In this document: positions 9,368-9,748 of the stretch, in pieces | Position numbering within the stretch: position 1 is the stretch's first letter | Layout: the number at the start of each line of letters is the position of its first letter | DNA from: a virus | Lineage: Duplodnaviria > Heunggongvirae > Uroviricota > Caudoviricetes | Virus record (IMG/VR): IMGVR_UViG_2850756110_000010 | Span: 1 to 9,748 of that record | Direction: 5' to 3' (one strand) | Length of the DNA: 9,748 nucleotides | Notes under the pieces: generated by a model | Told to the model about the DNA's origin: nothing | Seen by the model: only the letters and a program-made list of their open reading frames with translations | Database searches by the model: none | Position numbers and translations under genes: made by a program

Positions 9368-9748
9368 TTACTGCGTGGTACCGTCGGTTTTGGTATCGAC
9401 ATCATTATTGATGCCATCACCGGTTTGTACCTTTTTATTGATATCCGGACATCGACCATCTTTGCACATGGTGTTCTTGTGCTCTTCATCTTTGGTCATT
9501 CCGTCATTGTTCATTGAAGAACCATCCGAATGCAGCATTGTGCCGCCAGAACCGGTATTTACCCCGTTATTGTCGACGTTATTTGGCGCGACATTTTCAC
9601 GGGCGTCAGGGGCTACCTGGCCCGCATCAGTTGCGGCGTTTGCCTGGCCGTTATTAGTTTGCGCTCCGCTATCGGCAGCCAGTGCGGCACCGCTGGCAAG
9701 GCTTAGAGTGGCAGTCAGAAATAATGTGGCCAGTTTTGTCATTTTCAT
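9368..9748 (-). CDS. Secreted or periplasmic low-complexity Gly/Asn/Asp-rich protein with Sec signal peptide (126 aa), function unknown; probably host chromosomal
   Basis: ATG at 9746-9748 at the window edge. [24 protein letters not shown]|ADSG is a classic signal peptide with an AxA site. The mature part is rich in N/G/D/T with one Cys pair (CKDGRC). Confidence 0.7.
   Translation of the reverse strand: MKMTKLATLFLTATLSLASGAALAADSGAQTNNGQANAATDAGQVAPDARENVAPNNVDNNGVNTGSGGTMLHSDGSSMNNDGMTKDEEHKNTMCKDGRCPDINKKVQTGDGINNDVDTKTDGTTQ

Overview
This window reads as the early/immunity region of a decayed 186/Fels-2-like (P2-family) prophage, broken up by three complete insertion sequences from different families; it is not an intact system. 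Left to right: an integrase N-terminal fragment (minus strand) that stops at an amber codon at the window edge; IS2 (1331 bp, intact 5-bp GAGAC target duplication) inserted into a 68-codon small ORF that sits directly downstream of cI; an intact 186-type cI repressor (minus) facing an apl-like gene and cII (plus); IS911 inserted after cII codon 60, whose other flank is the 3' two-thirds of a dam methylase gene; a gpA-like rolling-circle replication initiator cut at its C-terminus by a 2.44-kb IS66-family element; then a terminator and a chromosomal gene for a secreted Gly/Asn/Asp-rich protein. Neither IS911 nor the IS66 element has matching target duplications, so both probably mark deletion or rearrangement junctions. 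The IS2/IS911/IS66 combination suggests a Shigella or E. coli host. No tRNA, rRNA or CRISPR array is evident. The only candidate for something undescribed is the IS2-split small secreted Cys-rich ORF in the lysogenic operon; everything else is recognisable. All homology calls are from reading the translations and from memory of the families, not from a database search.
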